64,000 nucleotides of DNA from Sphyrna mokarran (Eukaryota). Positions 1-12,800 of this stretch are shown here, piece by piece (position 1 is the first letter of the stretch; every line of letters begins with the position of its first letter). The DNA is taken from assembly GCA_024679065.1 (NCBI GenBank), contig JAGIQG010000032.1, forward strand, positions 12,276,001 through 12,340,000, read 5' to 3'. The notes beneath the pieces are model-generated. The model had not been told where the DNA came from. It made no database searches and saw nothing but the letters and a program-made list of their open reading frames with translations. A program made the position numbers and the translations under genes.

Positions 1-688
1 GATTCAATAGTCCTTCTGAGTTGTAATGATTCTACGATAAGGATATAGTAATTGATCCTAACCCTTGTAGGATCACAGAATCAGAAAAAACCCTTGAGCC
101 TAGTCTGCATTGACAGACAAGAAGCACCTGATTTTCCACTTAATCCCATTTACCAGCACTTTGCCCATAGCCTTGAATGTTGTGATGTGCCAAGTGCTCA
201 TCCAGGCATTTTTAAGTTAGCTTCAGACATTTGTAATAAAAATATTCTGTCTCCAAACATTTTTCGCTTTATAAGTTCTTCTTCACAACTTGTCAATGTC
301 ATCTTTGTGATTACACCCTCTCTCCAGCAGAGGTGCTGCAGCATTATCACAAACAAGACGCCACATATATCTCAATGAGTTTGTGTTGGAATTTTCCATG
401 AATATTCAATTTTTAACAGGAAAACAAATGTAAGGACAAAATGTATAATAAAATAGGAGTGTCATTACCTGATAAATTTCTCCCCCTTTGGTATTTGGTC
501 TTGTATTTTATCAAAATTAAACTTTAAATGAAAATCTTCAACATTGAAAATTTTTGAATGGTGTTTGTGTGTTTCTGCTAACATATCTTGTGAATGATTA
601 ATATAAATTCATTTTGGCAATCATTAGTTTTTTAGAGAAATTATCCAAATGGATTTGGTGGTTAATGAATAATATGATCTTTTTCCAG

Positions 689-813
689 GCTCCAGAGCTA
701 TTTGAGTCACAACCTTATACAGTCACCGTAGACTACTGGAGCTTTGGAACATTAATTTTTGAATGCATCTCAGGATTTCGACCATTTTTGCACAATATGC
801 AGCCTTTCCAATG
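689..813 (+). CDS. CHUK: CHUK exon (~human exon 7), kinase subdomains VIII-IX
   Basis: ttccag|GCT...CAATG|gtaagc; [42 protein letters not shown]; 125 nt. Confidence 0.96.
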
Positions 814-3800
814 GTAAGCAAACTGCCCACATATCCTATTTTTGCATTGTGACTTTATGTTGTGGCTTTAACATGAGAAAACAATCAAATGCATTTCACA
901 GATAAATAATTAAACAAAAATTAAGCTTTGAAAGAGATGACTAAAAGCCTGGTGAAAGAGGTGAAGCCTACATGGTTGAGGCACAGTCCAGTGATAAGGT
1001 GAAAGAAGTGGACAATGCAGAGCAGAGGAATTCAGATTCTCAGAAGGTAGTAATGCTGGGTTAGATTACAGAAATAAAGAGGTCTGAGGTTTTTAGAGGA
1101 AGAACTTGAACATGAGGATGAAAATTTTAAAATTGGCCCCAGTGTAGTTTATTTATTAGTGTCACAAACAGGCTTATTTTGACACTACAATGAAGTTACT
1201 GGAAATCCCCTAGTCACCACATTCCATCGTCTGTTTGGGTACACTGAGGGAGAATTTAGCACGACCAATACACCTAACCAGCGCATCTTTTGGACTACGA
1301 AGGAAACCAGAACACGTGGAGGAAACCCACACAAACACGGGCATCAGTATACAATGAAAGCCAACAAAGTCATCGTAGTGGGTGAGCAGTGCTTGTGTAG
1401 GTTCAATTACAGCATCAAAGTTTGGATGAAGTCAAGTTCAAAAGGTAGAAGATGGCTAGTTAGTCGAATATTGAAATATTCAGATCTGGAAGAAAAGCAT
1501 GCATAAATACTTCAGCAGCAGATAAACAAAGGCAGGGATTATGTAACAAAAGCAGACTATTTTGATGCCAGAACAGGGTTGGAAAGCTGATTAAAAAGGT
1601 TCAACCTGGTTTTGGGTGGCACCAAACTTAAGCATTTTGAAGAGCAAGGTGAGGTACAACATGGGATAGTACTTTGCAAGGAGAGTGGGATCAAAGGTGG
1701 CTTCTTTAGAGGAGGGATGATGATGTTAAATTTAAATGGGAAAAACAGAGCAGAAGGAAACATGTACAACATTAACCAGCACGAAAACTCGAAGTGACGT
1801 TAGATGGCTTACAATTTAGTGCATGTAGGGTCCAGAAAACTGGAGCTGAGTCTCTTGAAAAAGACAAGTTCAGAACTGGTTTGGATTGCTGTTTTTATGA
1901 GCTTTTGGTTTAGAGTCTATATCGCTTATATTGTTGCTGGGTCAAAATCCTGGAGCTCCCTGCCATCTGCACTGTGAATGTACATAGCTTATATACTTGA
2001 CTGCAGCAGTTAAGAACATGGCTAACCATCACCTTTTCAAGGGCAATTAGAGATGGGCAATAAATACTGGACTTGCTATTGATGCCCTCATTCCATGAAC
2101 AAATGAATCAAAACTGAAAGGCAAGCGCTGCTTTCAAAAATAAACCTGACCTTTCCTTTCAAAATTAGAAATGTACAATACTCACCTTTTTATTTGGGTC
2201 TATATTATGTGAATAGGACTGCATTAAAAGTGCCACAGTAGTAATGCTATTAAGCTTCTTTAAGGATGAAATAGTTGTGCTGAAACCTACTGCTGGTTTT
2301 CATTTGAATTTCTTACATAAGACACTCAGGTTATTTTTGGAGAGAAATTAACAGTATAAATACATTTATTTTTAGGCATGGCAAAGTTAAAATCAAAGGC
2401 CAACAAGATATTATGGCTGTTGAAGAGATGAATGGTGAAGTGAAATACTCCTCAAATTTACCACAGCCCAATGGTCTTAGCAAGTGAGTAATGTAATTTT
2501 CACATTTCTTTCATCTTGTCCAAGGAATTTTCACATGTTCCTTTTCTAAAACTTATTGTGGATCTATTTTGACATTATTGCAGAAGGCGTCAGATCTTTA
2601 ATTATTACAGAAGCTGTCTTTTATTACACTCATATGCACATCTTGTCATAGGCTGAATAATTGCCGTGTTTGATCTACAACAATCTATCAAATTTACTGT
2701 GTTAATTTAAGAAAAGCTTTAATTTTATTCCACTTTTTTGAGGAGGGTTGTTGTACCAGATTGTTATAGGAAGCACCTGGACTTTCAAAAAAATCCTCAG
2801 TGTAGGACTGAGAGAAGTCCCTTGACAAAATAAGTTGAGTATCAGAGTGAGGGATAAATATGCGTTGGCAACTTCATAAAAATAATGAAACCGGCTTTAA
2901 CGTTAATCTAGGATTACAGGGATATGTGAAGTGGTGTATCCTGGAGGTCTGTACAGGGCCACTCTTGTTTCTGTTGTATATAAATGGTCTGAATTTATAG
3001 TCTGATTGCAAGGCGATGCAATAACAGATGACACCGAGCTACAGAGGGGAAGAGCGATTAGGATTTCAAAAGGACAGTTATGATTTTGCAAAAAGTTCTA
3101 TTGGTTATGCATCTGAGTGTTCAGTGTTAAAGGAAGTTGAGCATGGAGAAGTGAAAGGCATTATGTTGAAATATGGATGAGAAAGATTTTGCCAGAGAGA
3201 AGTTGAGTTAAATGATCAAAACTTCTCCTTTTATCCCCTGTGCATTTTGAAGATTTTCCTTTTTAAAATACTTTAATTCTCCTCTTATCATTTTGCTTTT
3301 TTTGAATGTGACAACCCATGTCATTAACAGCAGCCTGAAATACTCTACTAAATTATCATTCTTACTCTGTCAAACTGAATGGTAACTGTGAAACCACTGC
3401 AGATGAGTTTGACTCTCTCCTATACAACACAAATTTGGATATACTTGCAACAATAACAACATTGAAAGTGTTGAGGAGTAGAACTCTTTGTGCTTTGTCT
3501 GAACAATAAAAGAATCAGTTGTATCACTCCTCTATCTACCTCTGACTGTGATAAGCAAAGTCAGCAGAAAACAAAAATTGTTGCTTTGGTTCATGAAAAT
3601 ACACTTTTGCTGATCTCTGTGTCAAATGATGGCATGCATTATATCTTATAAATTGTAGTTTCTCTGTTTTTTAAAAAAAATGTGTACAGTAAGCTAAAAA
3701 ATTGTAGCATTTGTCTGACCCTACCATGTCTGTATGGCAAATACTGTTTACTGCACGTGTGCCAGTGAGAAGCAGTGAGCGGAGTGATATAATCTGAAAC

Positions 3801-6800
3801 CAAAACATCTATGGTGTTGAGTTATCTCATTCCCTGAAGGCATTTTAGTTTAATTATCCAGCCTACTCTTGGCTTAATTGAATAAATTCTATAAAATATT
3901 ATGATACGTAAATTGCACAATCCTGAATTCCCACATTAACTGAGCCTTCTCTGCTAATAAATGTCAGAATAGACATGTCTTAGTTGAACTGGTGACTTAA
4001 ACTTTTGATTCTTAGGTAGGATGAATTTTTAGCGCTTTATCATAGGGAAGTTATGAAACTTTGTCAGATTTGGACACAAGGTCAGAAATTTACGTTACTT
4101 GGGCTGGCACATATCCGATCTGTAAGCATATAAAATCACGTGAAAGGATGTCAGGCACGTGTCCTGATGTCATTGTGCACTCAATTAGCTGGCATGTTAG
4201 TCAGAGGTGCGCCCACTGACAAGTAAGTGGGTGATTAAGTCCATTAACAAGCCAATTGAAAGCTATTTTGCATGGCCTGTCTACTTCTACAGTTGACAGG
4301 CAGGGTGATTGGCCAGGTGGCCTTTACATTTTAGCTAAAACTTCAAGTTAGGATAGGATGAAATGTCAATGCTGAAATAAAATTTCAAAGAAATGTCTGG
4401 AGACTGAGGCTTTCTGAATTCTGCTGTCAGGTGTTTGAATGTGCTGCCTAGTCACAGTTAGCTGCATTTTATCAGGATTAAATTGGCAGCTCCCAGAGAC
4501 AGTTCCACCGCAGCTGTCTGCATTGAGGGAGCCCATTTGAAGCACCAGCCCACCCTCTCCCTTTTCTCGGCAGCTGCTTTTTTCCAACACCACCCTCTGC
4601 AGCACTGAACCTTTCTCAATGCATGTTTAACAATGGCTATCTGTAATTGGCCAGTGAGTGTGATATCACATTCCAGGGCCATTCTGCTTCAGTTGCTGGG
4701 TTCACTGAATGCCTGTATCCAAAGACACAAAATTCAAGCCAAATATCCAGGAATAGGAATCTGATGCTTGAAGCTATTAGTATCTAGTTTTAGAGTTGTT
4801 ATTTGCAGGCAGCTGATGACTGTTAATTTATTTTTATCTTTTTTGTTCAATGTTGCATAACAATGTAGTATTTCAGTATTGTGTAGTGGCAGAGCATTGG
4901 TTGAGAATTGAGAGTTCAAGACATAACTTGAACATGAGTCAGAAGTGTAGTCCACAATTGATGGGAATTTTAATGTGGTGTTGAGGATTGACCAGTATGC
5001 CCATAGAATTGACTACCTCATTCTGTAAGGAGATACAAAGACGATATGCTCATTTGTGATCAAGACCTTGGCCATCCTTGTGCTTATTGTGAGTAATCAC
5101 ATCAATATCATGGCCTTGACAGAATCAGGACTAAGCAGTGATTGGCATTTTTTCTTTCATGAAACTCTTAGTTATTTACATCATCATCATCATGGCAGAT
5201 TGAGCAGAACAAGTAGTGTAACCATGGGTTACACTATATTTCTGAATCGCAGCTTGGTCTGTTTTATCTCCTGTCTGATTTCTTCTTCTTTGAGCTTCCT
5301 GCCTTGTTTCATCCCACCAGCCTTTTGTTTGACATACTGTTTTATACCACCTCCTAAGTATCAAGCTAAGTTTCTCACTGGTGCTCTCTCTCTCTTGTTA
5401 TAAACTCACATACTCATATGTGTAACACCCTTGCATCTTGCCAGTTGACAATACCTTGCTTCTCCCATCATGAATATCATTGATAAAGGTCCACTGTTTT
5501 CTTGTAAATTCCCATTCTTTCCCCCCTCCCAATTCAACTTCCTTCTGTGCCTGCCCTGAACAGAAAAGAACTCTCCCAAATTCTTTCTCAAATGACTTGC
5601 AACCGTTACTTCTATATTCACAACTATCTAACCTTTGGCCCATAAGCCAGGACATTTCTGTAGCTATTGATCTGCTAAATCACAACTTCCCTACCAGCTC
5701 GTTCCCCCTTAAAACCAATTCTCTCATACTATCTCTCTCACGTGCTTATTTGTTCGCTCACTCTCTCACACATATACACCCTTGTCTGTTGCACTGATTA
5801 ACTCTCGTTTTCATGAATTCCATAAAGAGATGCAGATTTTAATACCTGAGGTAACAACTGCTTTCACCTTCCATTACTAGATCTGGCTGGAGCATGTCAA
5901 GTCCTGCTCTTAATTGCTAAAACTGCTCAATATTCAGAGATCATTCTGGAATGGAAAGGTAACCCTAGCTGCTTTTCTGCATCACAGACAGCCTTTGTAA
6001 ACCACCTGTCCATGCCTCCTATTTTCACCTCCAAGTGCGAGGAGTTCATGGATTTTTTTGTCACAGACACCGAGAACATCCACTTAGCTTCTCTTTGACC
6101 ACCGTGATAAATTTCTCCTATTGATCCTTGCTGCTCTAACCCTGAACTGATTTGCTGCATTTAAGTCATCATTCGAGTAAGTACAGTTTTGGTAACCCTT
6201 ATTAGTCTAATTCTTTAGTCATAAGCATATAAATTAACTAATTAAATTGTGAAAAGGGACATTGATTTCCACTACTACCCATGCAGAGATAGTGAGGAAG
6301 GATAAGAGTTTGAAAAGAAAAAAAATATTGATTTAATAACTCTTTAATTAAAGTAAGTGTTAGAACATAGGATAGCTCCCACAGATGTGTGGTGAATCGT
6401 CTGCTGGCAGGAATTATGTGCAGCCAAATTTGAATTAATTCCCTTTTAAGTTCCATTTGAGGCTTGGACAATATGAGCATATGTTTTGTTCTTCTATTAA
6501 AGTAACTGAATTAGGATTCAGCAAAATGAATGGTAATGGCTCCACGCTCCCCACTCCCAAAATAAAGCAGAGATGCAGTTAGGTCTGTCTATACAGGTAC
6601 TTGCATTTGTTGTTTTATAAGTTGCTCGAGTACTGCAAAATTCCATAGTTATCAACCCAAATCTCTTCAAGAGCCCTGTGTTAGAAAATGCCAAAGAAAT
6701 GGGTGGGTGACTGATGGTACATGTGTAATTATGCTGCAATGTGTAGGATTTTTTAAAAAGAAACTTCATAGCAGACAGCATGACAACACCAGTTGTCCTG

Positions 6801-9800
6801 CAACATAACTTTATATTTTATGGTATGTGTGCTGTGTAGCAAGGCTATTATATAATTAGATAATTCCACTGAATTACAGTGAATGCAATTACATTCTGTA
6901 ACTTGAATTTGAAAAAGAGTGTTAAAAATGTTACTAATTTTTGGTAACTGTATATTGTAATGCAACAAGTTTAACTTTTGATTTCCAATGTTTTTGCTTT
7001 CTCTTGCAGCCTAATGGTAAAACCACTGGAGTCATGGCTGCAAATGATGCTGAAATGGGATCCAAAACAGCGAGGTGGCAATACAGATCCCCACGTAAAT
7101 CGACCATCATGTTTTTTACTTCTGGAACACATTTTAAGTCAAAAGGTTAGGAATATTGAGATAGCATAATAAAAAAAATCTTGGTTAAGTACACAATGTG
7201 CAATGTTGCTTTTCATTTGAATTGAATGACAAGAAAACCTCCTCTTTGTCTTAGCAAAAGTATTCAATTTCAGCCAAATGAGAATTTGTTTTATAATTTC
7301 AGGATTAGAATCATACAGAATGTTAATATACAGCCTTGTTTCAGAAGTGTTAGATTTTCATTGTGAATCTGAAGTCCCATACTTGCATAAAGTAGAACTG
7401 TTCAGTGTGGAAAAACACTCACTATTTTAGATTTTCTTTTCTATAAATAAGAACATTCTATCAATAAGATTGAGGCAGATTGTTGAATTTATAGCATTTA
7501 AGTTGGAACATAGGCAGGAGATCACTTTGCAGAGTGATTAGTGGATAGTTTGGGGCCTGATATACATGAGAAAACACAGTAAGAAGTCTCACAACATCCA
7601 ACAGGTTCGACAGGTTTATTTGGTAGCAAAAACCACTAGCTTTCGGAGCACTGCTTCTTCATCAGTAAGTGGAGTTCTGTTTACAAACCGGGCATATAAA
7701 GGCACAAGCTCTATTACAAGATAATGGTTGGAATTCGAGTCTTTACAGGTAATCAAGTCTTAAAGGTACAGACAGTGTGAGTGGAGAGAGAGTTAAGCAC
7801 AGGTTAAAGAGGTGTGTATTACCTCCATCCAGGACAGTTAATGAAATTTTAGTGAGATTTTGCAAACCCAGGCAAATGTAGGGATTACAGATATATCATC
7901 ACAGTTGGGTCTTCTGAACAATTAGTGTCAGTAGGTGTGATGACATGTCACACTATCTGTAACCCCCCACGACTTGCCTGGGCTTACAAAATCTCACTAA
8001 CTGTCCTGGCTGAAAACAATATACATCTCTTTAACCTGTGCTTAACCTCTCTCCATGCACATTGTCTGTACCTTAAAGAATTGATCATCTTTTAAGACTC
8101 GAATTCCAACCATTGTCTTGTAACAGAGCTTGTGTCTTTATATGCCCTGTTTGTGAACAGAACTCTCACCTACCTGACGAAGGAGCAGCACTCTGAAAGC
8201 TAGTAGATTTTGCTACCAAATAAATTGTTGGACTTTAAGAAGTGTTGTGAGACTTCTCACTGTGTTTACCCTAGTCCAACGCCAGCATCTCCACATCGTA
8301 TATGGGAAATCCAGAACTAAGTGTAGCCAATGTGCAAGTGGGTTTTAACTTATCCACAGAATTACATCATTTCCAGGTCTTCTGATCAATTAGCGTCATC
8401 GATTGTGATGACAACGTGCTTGATGCTATTTCAACTCCAGTGCTTAAGGGAACACTCCAAACATATGATTTGAAATTTGTCACCAGTATATAATTTGGGG
8501 CAATAAATATCACGTTCTTTGCAAAAGTAACACATTCCCTGCTGTCCTAAGAGGTGTCCCTACGTTTAAAAATACTCTGCTCTCCATAGTTGCTATTGCA
8601 TAGTGCCAGTACTTTTCCAAAGGCTCTATCACAACCTCAGGCCTTATTGCTCTCGATTCATTTGGATATATCTTTCATCTGATCCCAGAGCTTCATTCAT
8701 ACTGAGCAAATCAACAGATTGAAGTTCTGAGCAATATAGTTGTCCCTGAACATCTGCGCTTTCATTACGGTCTCACTTTCACCTTTTATGTGCTATAATT
8801 AACCCCAAATTTTACATTAAAAATAATTTGTTGCTTTTAAAGGTGAATTCTTATGTAATTATTCAAATGTTGCAAGTTGCTGAAATCATTCTTTGCCTTT
8901 GAGTGCTCTCTAGTGGTCAAATGCAAATAACCTGAGTGTGGGAAGAGTTCCAGGATGGGATTTTCCAATTTGTGCTCACTTGTAGGTAATTTTCCCCCAA
9001 TTTGATAAGCTGAAATCACTCACCCTAATGCTAATTTAATGTCAAGAAATGTGTTTGCACCTCACAGTTGTTCAAATTCTTTTACTGGGTCAATTAGATT
9101 TATAACTCTTCCAGTATTGGTGCACTTAGTGATAGACAGCCAATGCAATTCTGTGTTAAAGACAATAAGTTCTTTTAGAAGCTACCATTAAGTGCAGTCT
9201 TATTCTCGATTCTCATCCCTACTTTGCATGCAATAAAAGTAATCGAAATTTGACTCTTCAACCTTAAAGAAAGACGAGAAGCTCCTTTTACTCTTAGTCT
9301 TTCAGTCAAGAATAACACAGCTTGGGAAACAGACCCTACAGCCCAACGAGTCCTTGAAGGAATGTGGCCAGGTTTAATGTGGACTCAGCCAGGACTGTTG
9401 AGTATCAATATAAGTCAATAACTGGGGCAGATGTTGCTGGTTTCTTGTTGTTAAGATCTTCCCTTGAGTTTTGCAAAGTTGTAATATCTCTCTTATGAAC
9501 CTATCATCAATCCAGCCTTGGACTGCTGTAACAAACAGTACAGTTACAATGGGATGAATGGTATCTTGCCTTGCTATTAATTTTTATGATTATACATCCA
9601 TTATTATTCACTTTTATTTCTGTTTTCCAGCTGCTGAGCCACAGGGGTATCTTAGTTGTGCTTTGAACCCATCCTAAATTACTTCTATCCTTCAATTAGC
9701 AATCAAGTCTGAAATGATATTAGTGTCGCTAGTATCATTCTGATTCCTACATAGACAAATCCAGTCGAATTACAAAAAAATTAGCCAAATTATCAGTCTT

Positions 9801-12800
9801 ACTGTGGGGCCATGATGTGGCTTTTCTTACTAGTTACTTGTTATGCGATGGAATAAAAAACCTTCACAAGTTTAAAAGAAAACAAATGGATAAAGGAGAA
9901 GCAATGTGAAACTATTAGAATCACTTGTTAAGGAGTCTGACAGGAAGGTTAAAAAGATAAACTAAGATGGGCTAATTGTCTTTTGTGCAAAACATTACAA
10001 TATTATATCAATTCAGGCATGTAAAATAAAAACATCTAATTTTGTTACAGTACGTGCACATATTAAATATGACCTCTGCCCGCATCCATTCCTTTCTGAT
10101 CAAACCTGATGAAAGCCTCCATTCCCTTCAAATGCGTATTGAAAGTGAAACAGCAATTGCTGCAGCAAATCAGGAATTGCTTCTTGAAACCGGAATTTCC
10201 TTAGATCCTCGTAAACCTGCCAATCAGTGTGTGCTGGATGTGGTATGTATTGTCCGTTTTTAATAACAAGAAGTACAATAACTTTTTTTTTGTGTGTTTA
10301 TGGAACTGGTATGGCTTTATCTGAGTCTGATGGTCTTATTACCAAAAATCATCCAAATTTACTTAGTATCTGAAAGAAGTCTAAAGAGTGAAGAGAAATT
10401 GATGTGAAAACACTAAACCGTACTGAAGTTAGTCATGTATTTTTGAAAAATAAAAAGGTAAGTTACATTAGAAAAGTTTTTGTACTTCATTAATCTATTT
10501 TAAAGAACTTTGCAAGTAGGGTGAAATTTGCTGCCCTTAATTTTTAAATTAGAAAATTTGCATTTTCTATGTGCTCTATGATCATTGTAATTATTTTGAA
10601 ACATTGATGTTTAGGGGTGCAAATTATTCAGCATTTATTGGAACTACTAGAAATATGATAAATAGCCTGATAGTATGACAGATACCTTGAAATTATTTTG
10701 TGCACTAATAAAGCTTAATATATTTGCACAAAATTTCTCTGATTTTAGTAGCCATTAACCTATGTAAATCAGATCGTGTCAATATCTCTTGTATGCTAGT
10801 GGACATCCAAAAAAGTCTGAACAATGCCAGTACAACAAATTGCATTGAGTCTTCAATTTTTATGATTCTTATGAGCTACTTATAAATTTGTGCAATAAGA
10901 TGTATTGTTTTGAAATATTGTTTTCTTATTTTTGTAGAGAGGCTGGGATAGCTACATAGTGTATTTATTTGACAAAAGTAGCACTGTCTATGAAGGACCC
11001 TTTGTTGCCAGAAAATTACCAGAACATGTCAATTACGTTGGTAAGAATGCAATTGCTTATGGAATTTGAATTTAATATTTTAGCAAGATTCAAACGTTTT
11101 CATATCAAATGATCTAATCAAAATAAAATTTATTGTATACTCGTGAACGAGCTTAGTAGACAATTGCATCAATGCCTCTGATGTTAAGTGATCACATTAC
11201 AAATTTTCTGATCATCCTTACATAATTGGTGTGTATTCCAGAAATAGTTTTGATAAAGTATATAAAAGTGCATTTATTATTAATCACAAGTAAGATTTAC
11301 ATGAACACTGCAATGAAGTCACTGTGAAATTACCCAAGTCACCACGTTCCAACGCCTGTTCGGGTCAATGCACCTAACCAGCACGTCTTTTGGACTGTGG
11401 GAGGAAACTAGAGTACCCGTAGGAAACCCACACAGACACAGAGAGAACGTGCAAACTCAATGCAGACAGTGACCCAAGCCAGGAATTGAACCCAGGTCCC
11501 TGGCGCTGTGAGATAGTAGAGCTAACCCATTTTGCCACTGTGATAAATTGTTTCTTCGAATTTCACTAGCTTTCAAGCATATTGACAGTGCCTTTCAACC
11601 CTCTTTTTTTTATGCTCATATTAAGACTTGCATTTATTTATCCAGCTATTGGACTAATTTAATGCTATATTCAAGCACGAATGAATACCTTTCTAAACAA
11701 TTAGAAGTTGAAATAGTTTACATTTTTGAAGAAAATCAAGCCAGCACAATGTTTGGTTATGAGATGTGATAACTGAGTGGTGTTAGCTTGAATAGTCAGA
11801 AATTCAAACCAAAATGGAAATCTCTTTAAAAATTACAGGTTACCTGAAAATCTGTACTTATTTTAATACCACAAAGGCAATCTCATATTTTAAGAAGAGT
11901 CAGTTTGAAATTTATTAACTAGTTAAATACCAGGATGTGGCTGCAATCGTAACACACACAAGAACGTCAAAGTATCGAGAAATTGTGATTTTGTTTTTGA
12001 ATTGAATTTTAAAAGTAAATACAAAAATGCAACGTGCTGCTCAGACGAAAGTCTTTTGGTGGGCTTGGAGTTGGTTGAGGTTTGCAGGGTGAGGCAAGAG
12101 AGTAAATAGGAAGCAACCCGAGAGGAGGAGGTCCTGGAGTATTGAGATAGAGAAGCCAGGACAAGACTTGGTGTTAGGAGCTGTGCTTCCAACATGACAA
12201 TTTGGATTGGAAATACTATTAACTTAATAGTCGGATCGGGAAGCCTTGACGGGGGAGAAGGAATTGTCTTCAGTAAGTCAGACATTTGTCAATGACACAA
12301 AGTCAGTTTCACTTTAAATGAAATTATATGTGTCAAGCCTTATTGGTTAGGAAATAAACATTCTGTAGGGCAGTATGGGATGGAACAATGATTCATGATG
12401 AAAGAGCCAGGTGTGTAGGAAGGAAGAGGAATAGATTTGAGACAGGCTTGAGCCTTGGTCACAGGGCACAGGAAAAAAAATACTGATAGTATGTATGGAA
12501 TGGTGCTGGTAAATGAAGATGTAAAAGGGCATGGCTGGAAGTGATGGAAGAGGAGTGCAGTGATTGAAAAGGAAACATGGGAGTAGTGGCATTGGGTCCT
12601 AAGTAGCAGGTACATTCATGCAGATGGACATTGAGAACGGCTTAAGTTGCAGGGACTAGTGGCAGAGATCTTGGCATGGCAAAAAAAATTAGTAAGGTAG
12701 AGGCTGATGAAAGAAAGGTAACAAAAGACTTTCTTGAGAGTGCTGCCTTTGGACAGGAAGCAGAGAAAAGAAATGAACCATATTTAACTGAATGGAGCTT

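Noticed and set aside
5056-5403. 115-aa ORF with a His run
   Set aside because: The His run comes from a short (CAT)n repeat; the ORF is intronic, has a non-ATG start and shows no homology.
7574-8298. MITE or pre-miRNA interpretation of the long palindromes
   Set aside because: Asymmetric, variable-length arms, long variable TSDs and hammerhead cores fit PLE-derived retroposition better.
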